Positions 20,101 through 27,875 of a stretch of 64,000 bases of DNA are shown here, in pieces. Both the position numbers and the translations under genes were made by a program. Origin of the DNA: an uncultured Acidobacteriota bacterium. Lineage in GTDB: Bacteria; Acidobacteriota; Thermoanaerobaculia; Multivoradales; JAHEKO01. Location of the stretch: NCBI GenBank assembly GCA_963713825.1, contig CAVQNG010000005.1, positions 288,001-352,000 on the forward strand. The letters are read 5' to 3'. The notes beneath the pieces were generated by a model. It worked only from the letters and a program-made list of their open reading frames with translations. It had not been told where the DNA came from and searched no databases. The first letter of the stretch is position 1, and the number at the start of each line of letters is the position of its first letter.

Positions 20101-20333
20101 TCGGGGTAGTACTCCTTCATCAGCATGTAGCGAAAGGCCCCTTCGAAGCTCACCACGAAGAAGGGGTGGTTCTCGAGAAGCGAGAAGTTCTGCTCGAGAG
20201 TCGCCGGCAAGAAGTCGCGAATCGTGTCCTGAATCGTCCAGCGCCACTGCGTATCCAAGTGCACGGTGGCGACGACGTACAGGATCCGCTCGCCGTGGGA
20301 AGCCGGCGGATCGTTTCGTGTGGAGTCAGTCAT
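17184..20333 (-). CDS. Alpha-mannosidase, GH38
   Basis: HLDTQWRW, LPDCFG, HQMHDDLTGTS, YEVPAQQWADLS; ATG 20333 overlaps the end of the upstream gene. Confidence 0.9.
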   Translation of the reverse strand: MTDSTRNDPPASHGERILYVVATVHLDTQWRWTIQDTIRDFLPATLEQNFSLLENHPFFVVSFEGAFRYMLMKEYYPEEYERLKGLIERGRWRLAGSMLDAPDVNVVSPESLIRHVLYGNGFFGREFGRRSCDLFLPDCFGFGFALPSIAAHCGLRGFSAQKFGNWMAPATIPFDIGCWEGPDGTGVIAAIRPEGYGEGLREDLSQAQRWIERLDETGRQCGAFLGLMYVGVGDRGGGLDATSMEWLQRSVEGRAPIQVRVDGSDQLFRDLQPEQVERLPRHRGELLLPTHGTGCLTSQAALKGWNRRNEQMAEAAEKAAVIADWLGALPYPSERLREAWLRFLWHQMHDDLTGTSIPAAYRFSWNDELLALNQFESVLTQSIGAIAAGLDTQTDGLPLIVFNPLSVERQDVVEARLPWAGEPPSALRVRSTDGEESAAQIITTSGKDLVVAFLARVPPLSVQVFEILEGEADGVLEDVLRTSDRSLENTFYRVEIDANGDLAELFDKTLRRQLLSAPAGLELLPDRAARWPAWEVLFEDISSPAAQRISTPASCRILETGPVRCSLEVRRQAAGSVFTQRYRLTHGDAGRRLEVFNDVTWGARGRLLKAVFPVTSPNPEATYDLGLGVIARGNNCRERYEVPAQQWADLSSVDAGGGLSVLSDSKYGWDKPDDSTLRLSLLRSPRVVRKFRHQGFQDLGRHRFTYALYAHEGDWNEADTVWQAARLNQPLLAFSTRSHSGPLGRSLTFLETNNHGVAVGSIKRAEAGQRTVVRVQEISGVEHDAVQLTFPAEIQRAKEVDGCEEELGTVRLHKGRLLTELRPFQPRAFALEIGPPDSTLMAPLCRPVPLPWNLAATSAQDQPNGPGLDRRGHSIPAELFPASLSSGGIEFQLGPAAGGALNTLVCRGQKIEVPRGDFNRIHLLAASVGGIQDHVLRLGPGEAGVRFHPYSGWLETWLESSGWPLRLPTLVPGSVRPQAPSVAWYATHRHDARGSDEPYVFCYLYHHVLDVRQPTQAIELPEAEDVRIFSLSLANEAIWDTQSAAVEPD

Positions 20334-22035
20334 CGGTCGCCCGATCCGAAAGAGACCCAGTGGACTCTGACGGTGTGGATCCGGAGGCCCCCTCGTCGGG
20401 GCCCAGCAGTGACCATCCATCTCTGAGGGCATGGTCGCGATAGATCTCGACCAGCGGCAGCGGTTGCTCTAGATCGGACAGGCTACGCCTGCGGGCGACC
20501 AGGAGAAGATGAGGGTCCTCCTCCAGTAGGTTCAGAAGCTCTCCTTCACTCACAGCCAAGTGCGCAAGATGATGAGTGTAGAACAGGACCCCGGGCTCGA
20601 GGCGTGGGTACATTGCGAAGGTCTGATCGGGGCCCAGGTGCGCCAGGACGCTCGAGGCCAGTGGGCGGGCTGACTTGAAGGTGTCGAGTCGTGGCGCGAC
20701 GATCAAGGCTGCGCCCAGAATCAGTATTCCCATGCCCATGGCCGTGGCATCGACGCCAGCGCGAAGGCGCCCGACCCAGAACCATCGGCTACCGACGAGA
20801 ACGCCAGCGGCACCGAGGACCAGAATCACCGCGATCGAGCGGGCCAAAGAGGGGTCCAGGTCCGCGAGCTCGGGCCGCGCCTGCAGGAGTGGCACCGAGA
20901 TTCCCGCAGCCGCGATCAGTACGCTGGTGAGGAGTGCCGGACCGGCGGTGGCGGACCTGAATCGGGGCCACGCCTCCTGGGCCCGATCCAGTCCGAAGCC
21001 GACCAGCAGAGCCAGAGCGGGGAACATGGTCAGCACGTTGACCGAGCGTTTGGCGGGCGACAGGGTGAAGAGGACGAGTGTTACGGCAATCCAGGTCAAC
21101 AGAAAGAGCATCCAGCGCCTGGCCTCGCCACGGGCTCGATTCCAGACGATCCATACCGCCGCGGGGAAGAGAAAGGACCATGGCAGGAAGTCCATTGGCA
21201 CGGTCCCAAGGTAGTAGTGCCAGGGCTTCGGCACGATGGGTGGAAAAGAGCTCGATCCGAACGCGACGAATGGCTGCAAGGGTTCTGTTGTCAGGAGATT
21301 TGCCAGTCCGGCCCGACCAACGATCGCGCCGGCCGGTAGTATCCAAGCGAGCACGGTGGCGAGCCAGAGCCACGGTCCCGGCCCCAGGAACAGACGTCGC
21401 AACTCGCGGCTCTGTCTTGTCACTACCAAAAAGACGACGACCGACAGTAGCGGCGGTAGCAGGCCCTCCAGACCTCTGGTCAGAGTAGCCAGACCGAGAG
21501 CCAGGAAGAACAGTACGGTGTATCCGGAACGGTCTTCGACAAGGCCTCGGACCCAGGCATAGATAGCCAGGGTCGTCCACAGGGTCAGCAGCATTCCAAC
21601 CTGCCCTGCCCTGCCTTGCCAGAGCACCTTGTAGCTACTCATGAACACCAGGGCAGCGAACCAGGCGACCCGAGGGGAAAACAATCGCATTCCTATCGAG
21701 AAGACGAGGAGTGATGCGGCGATGGCGGCCAGGGCCGAGGGCAATCGGACGGCGGTCTCGTCGAGTTGGCCCAACAGGAGGTTCATCGAGTTGATCGCCC
21801 AGAAGTGGAGCGGTGGCTCCCCAGTGGGCAGGTCGCCGTTCAGCTGTGGCACCAGGTAGTTGGCCGTTTCCGCCATCTCCCTGGCGATCTCGGCACAACG
21901 AGGCTCGTCTGGGTTCCACAGGTCATGTCGGCCCAGGCCCGGCAGGAACAGGATCAGCCCCAGAATCAGCAGCAGGATCCTCTCGCGGTCGAGGAACGCG
22001 AGCGGTCCATCAAGGTCTCGATTGCCGCTGGTCAC
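20326..22035 (-). CDS. ArnT/PMT-like GT-C membrane glycosyltransferase
   Basis: LWNPDEPR.AEIAREM, PPLHFW, RLPSAL, PWHYY, FLPWS and many TM segments; start uncertain. Confidence 0.85.
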   Translation of the reverse strand: MTSGNRDLDGPLAFLDRERILLLILGLILFLPGLGRHDLWNPDEPRCAEIAREMAETANYLVPQLNGDLPTGEPPLHFWAINSMNLLLGQLDETAVRLPSALAAIAASLLVFSIGMRLFSPRVAWFAALVFMSSYKVLWQGRAGQVGMLLTLWTTLAIYAWVRGLVEDRSGYTVLFFLALGLATLTRGLEGLLPPLLSVVVFLVVTRQSRELRRLFLGPGPWLWLATVLAWILPAGAIVGRAGLANLLTTEPLQPFVAFGSSSFPPIVPKPWHYYLGTVPMDFLPWSFLFPAAVWIVWNRARGEARRWMLFLLTWIAVTLVLFTLSPAKRSVNVLTMFPALALLVGFGLDRAQEAWPRFRSATAGPALLTSVLIAAAGISVPLLQARPELADLDPSLARSIAVILVLGAAGVLVGSRWFWVGRLRAGVDATAMGMGILILGAALIVAPRLDTFKSARPLASSVLAHLGPDQTFAMYPRLEPGVLFYTHHLAHLAVSEGELLNLLEEDPHLLLVARRRSLSDLEQPLPLVEIYRDHALRDGWSLLGPDEGASGSTPSESTGSLSDRATDD

Positions 22036-22283
22036 TGTTCGTGGCCCTACAAGGTTTCGAGCGACTCTTCGATACCGGCCACCGTGATTCGACTTGGCAG
22101 CCTGGAGGCGAACCTGCGGAAACCTCAAGGATATCCCAGGGGCAAACGGGGTAGAAGTCTCCGCTTCCCAGGCACAGGACCCCTGCGGTCTCGATGTGGA
22201 AGCTGGCCTACGCCGTAGGCCTGGGGACCGGGTACAATCCCGTCCGTCGAAGAGCTCGCGGTGGACAGAGAGGTTCTCAATTG

Positions 22284-22766
22284 ATGCGATCCATCCTCCG
22301 AATCTGGGTAGTCCTGGCTCTCGTCTGCCTACCCGCTGCGGCGCAGGAGCCGCGCTCGCTGGCCGTCAGCGTCGGCATGTTCAACTTCAACAAGAGTCCA
22401 TCCCCGATCGAAGGGGGATTCGAATATCGGCATCCGACGGGAGTGTGGAAGATGGCGGCCGTGGGAGCGCTCTATGCCAACGCGGATGGCGCTATCTGGG
22501 TCTACGGGGCTCTCCGACGGGACTTCTCACTGGCTGAACGCTGGTATGTCACGCCGGCAATAGGGATGTCTCTCTACTCGCAGGGCAATAGCAAGAATCT
22601 GGGCGGCCCCGTCGAGTTCCGCTCTGCCATCGAGCTGGGGCATGAATTCAGGAACCGAACCCGGCTCGCTTTCGGCATCTATCACCTGTCCAACGCTGGC
22701 ATCTACTTTCCGAATCCCGGCAGCAACTCGCTGTTCTTCACCTACAGCTGGCCGCTGGGCCAGTAG
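22284..22766 (+). CDS. PagL-like lipid A 3-O-deacylase (acyloxyacyl hydrolase family)
   Basis: Signal peptide, beta-barrel pattern, KNLGGPVEFRS and HLSNAG...NPG catalytic motif. Confidence 0.85.
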   Translation: MRSILRIWVVLALVCLPAAAQEPRSLAVSVGMFNFNKSPSPIEGGFEYRHPTGVWKMAAVGALYANADGAIWVYGALRRDFSLAERWYVTPAIGMSLYSQGNSKNLGGPVEFRSAIELGHEFRNRTRLAFGIYHLSNAGIYFPNPGSNSLFFTYSWPLGQ

Positions 22767-22782
22767 GGGCCCAGCGGCCAGA

Positions 22783-23321
22783 GGGTTGAGGCATCCGGTG
22801 CTTTGCACCGGCTGACCTTTGAGGGCTTGGGGTTGAGGAGCCCAGCCCCGCCCTCCCTCCCGTCCTGGGGCTTGAGCCCTGGGCAGAGGACCTTGATCTT
22901 GTGGCGGTCCGTCCGGGTGGTTCGCAGGCGGACGGCGACGGCTACTCAGACTATGACGGGCAGGCCGCCACCTCGTCTCGTCATCGCGCCCCGTCTCCAG
23001 TGACCTATCGAGGTCCTTGCGCCGCGCTCGACTCGGCGCCCCCTGTCGAACCACCCGAACGAACCTCTGGCACCGCAGTGAATGAAGCGCCACATCGACC
23101 TCCACCGGGCGTGCAGGGTTCGGCGTGGGGACCTTCAGGGGGTTGGTTACTGTCGAAGGGATGATAGCCCCCTGGGGGCCCCGCGTCGGACCCCCTCCAA
23201 CCACGGTCCCGTGCCCAGGTCCCAGGACTCAGGCCCCAAAGGCTGGCCGCGACGAAGTGCGGACAGTTCATCCCCCAAGCCCTCATAGGTCGGCCGGAGG
23301 TACGACGGACGCCTCAACCCC
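22783..23321. repeat. ~540-bp non-coding element with ~50-bp imperfect terminal inverted repeats and nested stems (MITE-like element or structured ncRNA)
   Basis: 22783-22832 is reverse-complementary to 23273-23320; inner stems 22907-22928/23042-23064 and 23116-23193; related copy at 45303-45431. Confidence 0.7.
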
Positions 23322-23336
23322 CAATGCCCCAGTACC

Positions 23337-23360
23337 CTGTGACCGCCCGGGCGGTCACAG
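23337..23360. promoter_or_regulatory. Perfect 24-bp palindrome just upstream of a TAGACT -10-like hexamer of the MBOAT gene
   Basis: CTGTGACCGCCCGGGCGGTCACAG is its own reverse complement. Confidence 0.45.
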
Positions 23361-23390
23361 TAGACTGGGGAGTGCCAACGAGCCAGTCAA

Positions 23391-24848
23391 ATGGTTTTCA
23401 GCTCCCATCTCTTCGTCTTCTACTTCCTGCCCCTGGCGCTGGCGCTCTACTACCTTCTGCCAAGGCGGGCCAAGCATCTCGGCCTGACGCTGACGAGCTA
23501 CCTCTTCTATGGCTGGGCCAATCCGGCCTTCATGGGACTCATGTTGGCTTCCACCGTGGTGGACTACTTCTGCGGTCTGACCATCGCGAATCAGCCTGGG
23601 GGATCGTTCTGGCAACCACCAAAACCACTGGAAAGAAAGGGCTTGCGGACTCGGCGCCAGAAAGCGGCTGTCGCTGTATCGGTCGTCACCAATCTGTCGT
23701 TGCTGGGGTTCTTCAAGTACTTCAACTTCGGGGTCGACAACCTCGGTGGTCTGGTCACCATGCTCGGGTTGGAGATCGAAGGACTGGACACCGTGATGCG
23801 GGTGGCGCTGCCGCTCGGCATCAGTTTCTACACCTTCCAGTCCATGAGCTACACCATCGATGTCTATCGTGGGGACGCCGGTGCTCTGAGGAACTTCGTG
23901 GACTTCGCCTGCTACGTGTCGCTTTTCCCCCAGTTGGTTGCCGGTCCGATCATTCGCTTTGCCGAGATCGACGATCAGCTGGCGAGTCGCAGTCACACCG
24001 TGGCGAAGTTTGCGCGAGGTGTCGCCTTCTTCAGCCTGGGGATGGCCAAGAAGATCCTGGTGGCGAATCCCTGTGGCAAGGTTGCCGACTCGGTATTCGA
24101 TGCTGGTTCGGCGCTACCTCTCGATGCCTGGCTCGGGGCTCTGGCCTACAGCTTCCAGATCTACTTCGATTTCAGCGGCTACTCGGACATGGCGATCGGT
24201 CTTGGCCTGATGTTGGGATTCGTCTTCCCCAAGAACTTCGACTCGCCTTACAAGGCCGACTCCATTACCGATTTCTGGCGTCGGTGGCACATCTCGCTTT
24301 CCACCTGGCTGCGGGACTATCTCTACATCCCACTCGGGGGCAATCGACAGGGGCCGAGTCGCACCTACGTCAATCTGTTCGTTGTCATGCTCTTGGGTGG
24401 CCTCTGGCACGGCGCGGCCTGGCACTTTGTTCTCTGGGGCGGCTTCCACGGGCTGTTGCTGGCCTGGGAGCGGATGCGAGGTCGTCGTGGGCTGTTCGCG
24501 GCACTGCCGAGACCCTTGAGGGTCGCCGGGACGTTTCTGCTGGTGTTGCTGTCGTGGGTTCTGTTTCGCGCCGAGAGCCTGGACCGCTCGATTTCCCACT
24601 TCTCCAACATGGTGGGCCTGGGGACGCGCTTCGATGGAGCGGGGCTGCTGGGGGGTGTCGTCTATCAGCCCTTCTACGTGCTCACCATCCTGAGTGCGGC
24701 GTCGATAGTGTGGCTGGCGCCGCAGACCTGGGACTGGACCCGGCGCCTGGGCCCGGTCAAGGTGTCGATTTGTCTCGTCTTGCTCTGGGCGGCGCTGGCC
24801 ATGATGACCGCTCAGGAGTACAACCCTTTCATCTACTTCATTTTCTAA
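23391..24848 (+). CDS. MBOAT family O-acyltransferase (AlgI/PatA-like)
   Basis: LPLGISFYTFQ, FPQLVAGPI, QIYFDFSGYSDMAIG, FWRRWHISLS, GLWHGA, C-terminal FIYFIF. Confidence 0.95.
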   Translation: MVFSSHLFVFYFLPLALALYYLLPRRAKHLGLTLTSYLFYGWANPAFMGLMLASTVVDYFCGLTIANQPGGSFWQPPKPLERKGLRTRRQKAAVAVSVVTNLSLLGFFKYFNFGVDNLGGLVTMLGLEIEGLDTVMRVALPLGISFYTFQSMSYTIDVYRGDAGALRNFVDFACYVSLFPQLVAGPIIRFAEIDDQLASRSHTVAKFARGVAFFSLGMAKKILVANPCGKVADSVFDAGSALPLDAWLGALAYSFQIYFDFSGYSDMAIGLGLMLGFVFPKNFDSPYKADSITDFWRRWHISLSTWLRDYLYIPLGGNRQGPSRTYVNLFVVMLLGGLWHGAAWHFVLWGGFHGLLLAWERMRGRRGLFAALPRPLRVAGTFLLVLLSWVLFRAESLDRSISHFSNMVGLGTRFDGAGLLGGVVYQPFYVLTILSAASIVWLAPQTWDWTRRLGPVKVSICLVLLWAALAMMTAQEYNPFIYFIF

Positions 24849-24850
24849 TC

Positions 24851-26179
24851 ATGACGATGCTTCCAGACAGAGAAAGACAGGCCCTGAGAGAGGTCGGGCG
24901 CACCGCCATTTCGGCCCCGATGAGCTGGGCGCTGGTGTTGCTGTTTCTGCTGACCATAGCGTCCGTAGGTCTTCTGGAGCCTGTGGTCGACGACTTCCAT
25001 GACAGAGACGTGGCCGATGAGGAGCCGGCTGCGGAGGACACGTCGGGCTTGTGGCGGCAGTTCGCGGCGAGTGTCTCGGAGAGCTTCCGGAGCTTCGAGA
25101 GCGAGGGCCTGAACAGAGCCAACCACCAACTGCAGCTGGTCATGGACGAGTTCGAGGTGCGGTTGGAGGAGGAGTCGTTCCTGCGACGACTCGTCCTGCC
25201 GCCATTGCAAGGATTCCTCTCCAGCCGTCTCGGTGTCGGCAATGAGCAGGCCTACCTGGGAAGGGCGGATTGGCTGTTCTACCGGCCCGATGTGGACTAT
25301 GTGACGGGTCGAGGCTTCCTCGAGGAGGACGTTCTGTGGGCCAGGGTCCTGCAAAGCGATCCCTGGGCTGATCCGCCTCGGCCCGATCCCATGGCCGCCC
25401 TGCGTGAGTTGGATGCTGGGCTGCGGGCCAAGGGTATTCACCTGCTCCTGCTGCCGACCCCGGTGAAGCCAATGCTGGAGCCGGCCTCTTTTTCGGGTCG
25501 GTTCACTCGACAATCTCCACCGCTCCAGAATCCGTCCTTCGACGAGTTTTGCCGTCGACTCGAAGAGCATGGGATCGACTTCTTGGACGTGACTACGGAC
25601 CTCTGGCGGCACGGCCAGTCGAGCCCCGAGCCTCTGTACCTGCGGACAGATACGCATTGGGCCCCAGCTGCCGTCGAACACGTAGCTCAATCTCTCAGTC
25701 GAACTCTGATCGCTCTCGATCTGGCCCAGCAGTCGGAAGCCGGTGTGTTCTTCCAGCGTCCGTCCGAGGTCGAGAATCTGGGTGATATTGCCCGCATGCT
25801 CACTCCGACACCTGGTCAGGCCGAACGATGGCGCCAACGAGTCGTGAGTCACCGTGTTGTCGATGCTTCCGGCAGGCCCTGGAAAAGCGATCCGCAAGCG
25901 GAGGTGCTATTGCTCGGTGACAGCTTCAGCAACATCTACTCCGACTCGAGCCTGGGCTGGGGCGTCGGATCCGGTCTCGCCGAGCAGCTGAGCTTCTACC
26001 TCCAGAGGCCGGTGGACAAGATCGCCCTGAATGCGGGAGGGGCGCTGGCCGCGCGGCGAGCCTTGCGACGACACTGGGCCAGCTCGAGTGGGCGACTCGA
26101 AAGCAAACGGGTCGTGATCTACCAGTTTGCCGTGCGCGAGCTGAAGCAGGGCGATTGGAGCCTCGTGGGTCTGGACTAA
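24851..26179 (+). CDS. AlgJ/AlgX-like periplasmic O-acetyltransferase (SGNH-like)
   Basis: ATG 2 nt after the MBOAT stop; TM anchor; GRADWLFY, RTDTHW (DxH), LLGDSF. Confidence 0.88.
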   Translation: MTMLPDRERQALREVGRTAISAPMSWALVLLFLLTIASVGLLEPVVDDFHDRDVADEEPAAEDTSGLWRQFAASVSESFRSFESEGLNRANHQLQLVMDEFEVRLEEESFLRRLVLPPLQGFLSSRLGVGNEQAYLGRADWLFYRPDVDYVTGRGFLEEDVLWARVLQSDPWADPPRPDPMAALRELDAGLRAKGIHLLLLPTPVKPMLEPASFSGRFTRQSPPLQNPSFDEFCRRLEEHGIDFLDVTTDLWRHGQSSPEPLYLRTDTHWAPAAVEHVAQSLSRTLIALDLAQQSEAGVFFQRPSEVENLGDIARMLTPTPGQAERWRQRVVSHRVVDASGRPWKSDPQAEVLLLGDSFSNIYSDSSLGWGVGSGLAEQLSFYLQRPVDKIALNAGGALAARRALRRHWASSSGRLESKRVVIYQFAVRELKQGDWSLVGLD

Positions 26180-26189
26180 CATAGATCTC

Positions 26190-27875
26190 ATGCGGCGAAC
26201 GACGAAACGGCTGCCTCGCATCGGAGCGCTGCTGGTCTGGTCGACCGCGGTCGTGCTGCTGAACGGATGCAGTCCTCGCCAACCAGCGTCATCCGGCGGT
26301 TTCGATCCTCAGCCGACTCGGGGCTACATTCTGATCTCGATCGACACGCTGCGGGCCGATCACCTCGGGGCCTATGGCTATGGGCGAGACACCAGCCCCT
26401 TCCTGGACTCCCTCGCCGCCCGGGGTACTTTGTTCGAACGTGCTGTCGTCCAGTACCCGTCGACGCTCACCTCCCACATGTCCATCTTCACGGGTCTCTA
26501 TCCGCAGGAGCACGAAGTGCTGCCTCCCTCGACCGTGCTCTCAGCAGAGATCGAGACCCTGCCCGAGATCTTCCAGAGACAGGGATTCAGGACCGCTGGC
26601 CACACCGAGGGTGGATTCATGGCGGCGGGGTACGGTTTCGGTCGGGGCTTCGATGAGTTCACCGATACCGCCTACAGCTCCGACACCGATGTCGAGCGGA
26701 CCTTCCGGCGGGGCCTCGACTTTTTGCGCTCACTCGAGGTGGACGACTCGTTCTTCCTGTTCCTCCACACCTACGCCGTCCACGATCCGTACGAGCCGCC
26801 CGAACGCTTCCGGTCGCTGTTTTGGCCAGGGGACGCCCCGGCGGCCGCCGACTCGAGCGGCGAGCTCCTGCGCCAGATCAACCAGGGAAGCCAATCGGTG
26901 TCAGCGGAGACCCTGCGCTACTACGAGGCGCAGTACGACGCCACAATTCGCTATGTAGACGAGGTGCTGCAGGAGTTCGTGACCGAGCTGCAGAACTTGG
27001 GGCTGCTTGGGGAGACAACGCTGGTCATCACCTCGGACCATGGCGAGGAGTTTGGCGAGCACGGCAAGGTAGCCCATACCCAGGTCTACCCGGAATGTCT
27101 GGTGGTGCCCTTGCTCTTCGTGCATCCTCGACAGAGCGAAGGATTGCGGGTGCCCGACCTGGTAGAAACGGTAGACCTCGCGCCGACCCTGCTCGAACTG
27201 GCAGGAATCGAAGCCTCGGACTCTTTCTCTGGCAGCAGTCTGGTCGGCGACTTGCGAGGCGCCAGGCGCGAGGACCCGACCAGTCAGGCCTACGCCGAGG
27301 TGCTCGAAGAAGAGAAGGTGAGAACCCTGATGGCGCGCGCCCCCGGGGCCTTCTTGCAGCTCCTGTTGGTCGAGCCAGAGCCAGATCCCGTCGGCCCCTG
27401 GATCCGCGATGCTTTCACCTTCGACACCGAAGAAAGCAGCCTGGAGTTCGAGGCCCACAGCTTTCACCACCCACGCCGCGTTGACGTCACCGTCGACGGC
27501 TCGCCTCTCTCCGTCATCGAGCTTGGGCCCGACTGGCAGCCGATAGTGCTCGAGCTGCCGAGCGGGCGAGGAACGATCCGGCGCGTCGGCCTCCAAGCTG
27601 ACGGTTGCATCTCGCCTGCAGCGGTGGGAGAGAGCACCGACGATCGCTGTCTGGCCTTCCAAACCAGGGGCCTCGAGCCGATGCGACACGAGTTGTATGA
27701 CCTGGGCGACGACCCGGGAGCGCAGACGGACCTGTTCAGGGAGCGCGCGAAGCTACGGCGCAGGCTGAGCGAGCGTCTGGCCGCCATGCAGTGGGAATCC
27801 CGAGCCGAGCCCGGTCAGCAGGAGCTGTCGGCAGAAGACGAGGCCGCTCTTCGAGCCCTTGGCTACCTGGACTGA
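26190..27875 (+). CDS. Sulfatase-like lipoprotein (alkaline phosphatase superfamily), Thr/His active-site variant
   Basis: Lipobox LNGC; ISIDTLRADHL, TLTSHMSIFTG, VHDPY, TSDHGEEF, ELYDL, LRALGYL. Confidence 0.85.
   Translation: MRRTTKRLPRIGALLVWSTAVVLLNGCSPRQPASSGGFDPQPTRGYILISIDTLRADHLGAYGYGRDTSPFLDSLAARGTLFERAVVQYPSTLTSHMSIFTGLYPQEHEVLPPSTVLSAEIETLPEIFQRQGFRTAGHTEGGFMAAGYGFGRGFDEFTDTAYSSDTDVERTFRRGLDFLRSLEVDDSFFLFLHTYAVHDPYEPPERFRSLFWPGDAPAAADSSGELLRQINQGSQSVSAETLRYYEAQYDATIRYVDEVLQEFVTELQNLGLLGETTLVITSDHGEEFGEHGKVAHTQVYPECLVVPLLFVHPRQSEGLRVPDLVETVDLAPTLLELAGIEASDSFSGSSLVGDLRGARREDPTSQAYAEVLEEEKVRTLMARAPGAFLQLLLVEPEPDPVGPWIRDAFTFDTEESSLEFEAHSFHHPRRVDVTVDGSPLSVIELGPDWQPIVLELPSGRGTIRRVGLQADGCISPAAVGESTDDRCLAFQTRGLEPMRHELYDLGDDPGAQTDLFRERAKLRRRLSERLAAMQWESRAEPGQQELSAEDEAALRALGYLD

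Noticed and set aside
22783-23321. Identification of the element as RNase P RNA, tmRNA, group II intron, CRISPR array or a protein gene
   Set aside because: No GAGGAAAGTCC, no tRNA-like ends, no domain V motif and no regular repeat-spacer period; the overlapping ORFs are low-complexity and lack motifs.
23324-26179. 951-aa ORF in the track spanning the MBOAT gene
   Set aside because: Its first 509 codons are an alternative-frame overlap of the MBOAT gene with no protein-like signal; the real AlgJ-like gene starts at 24851.
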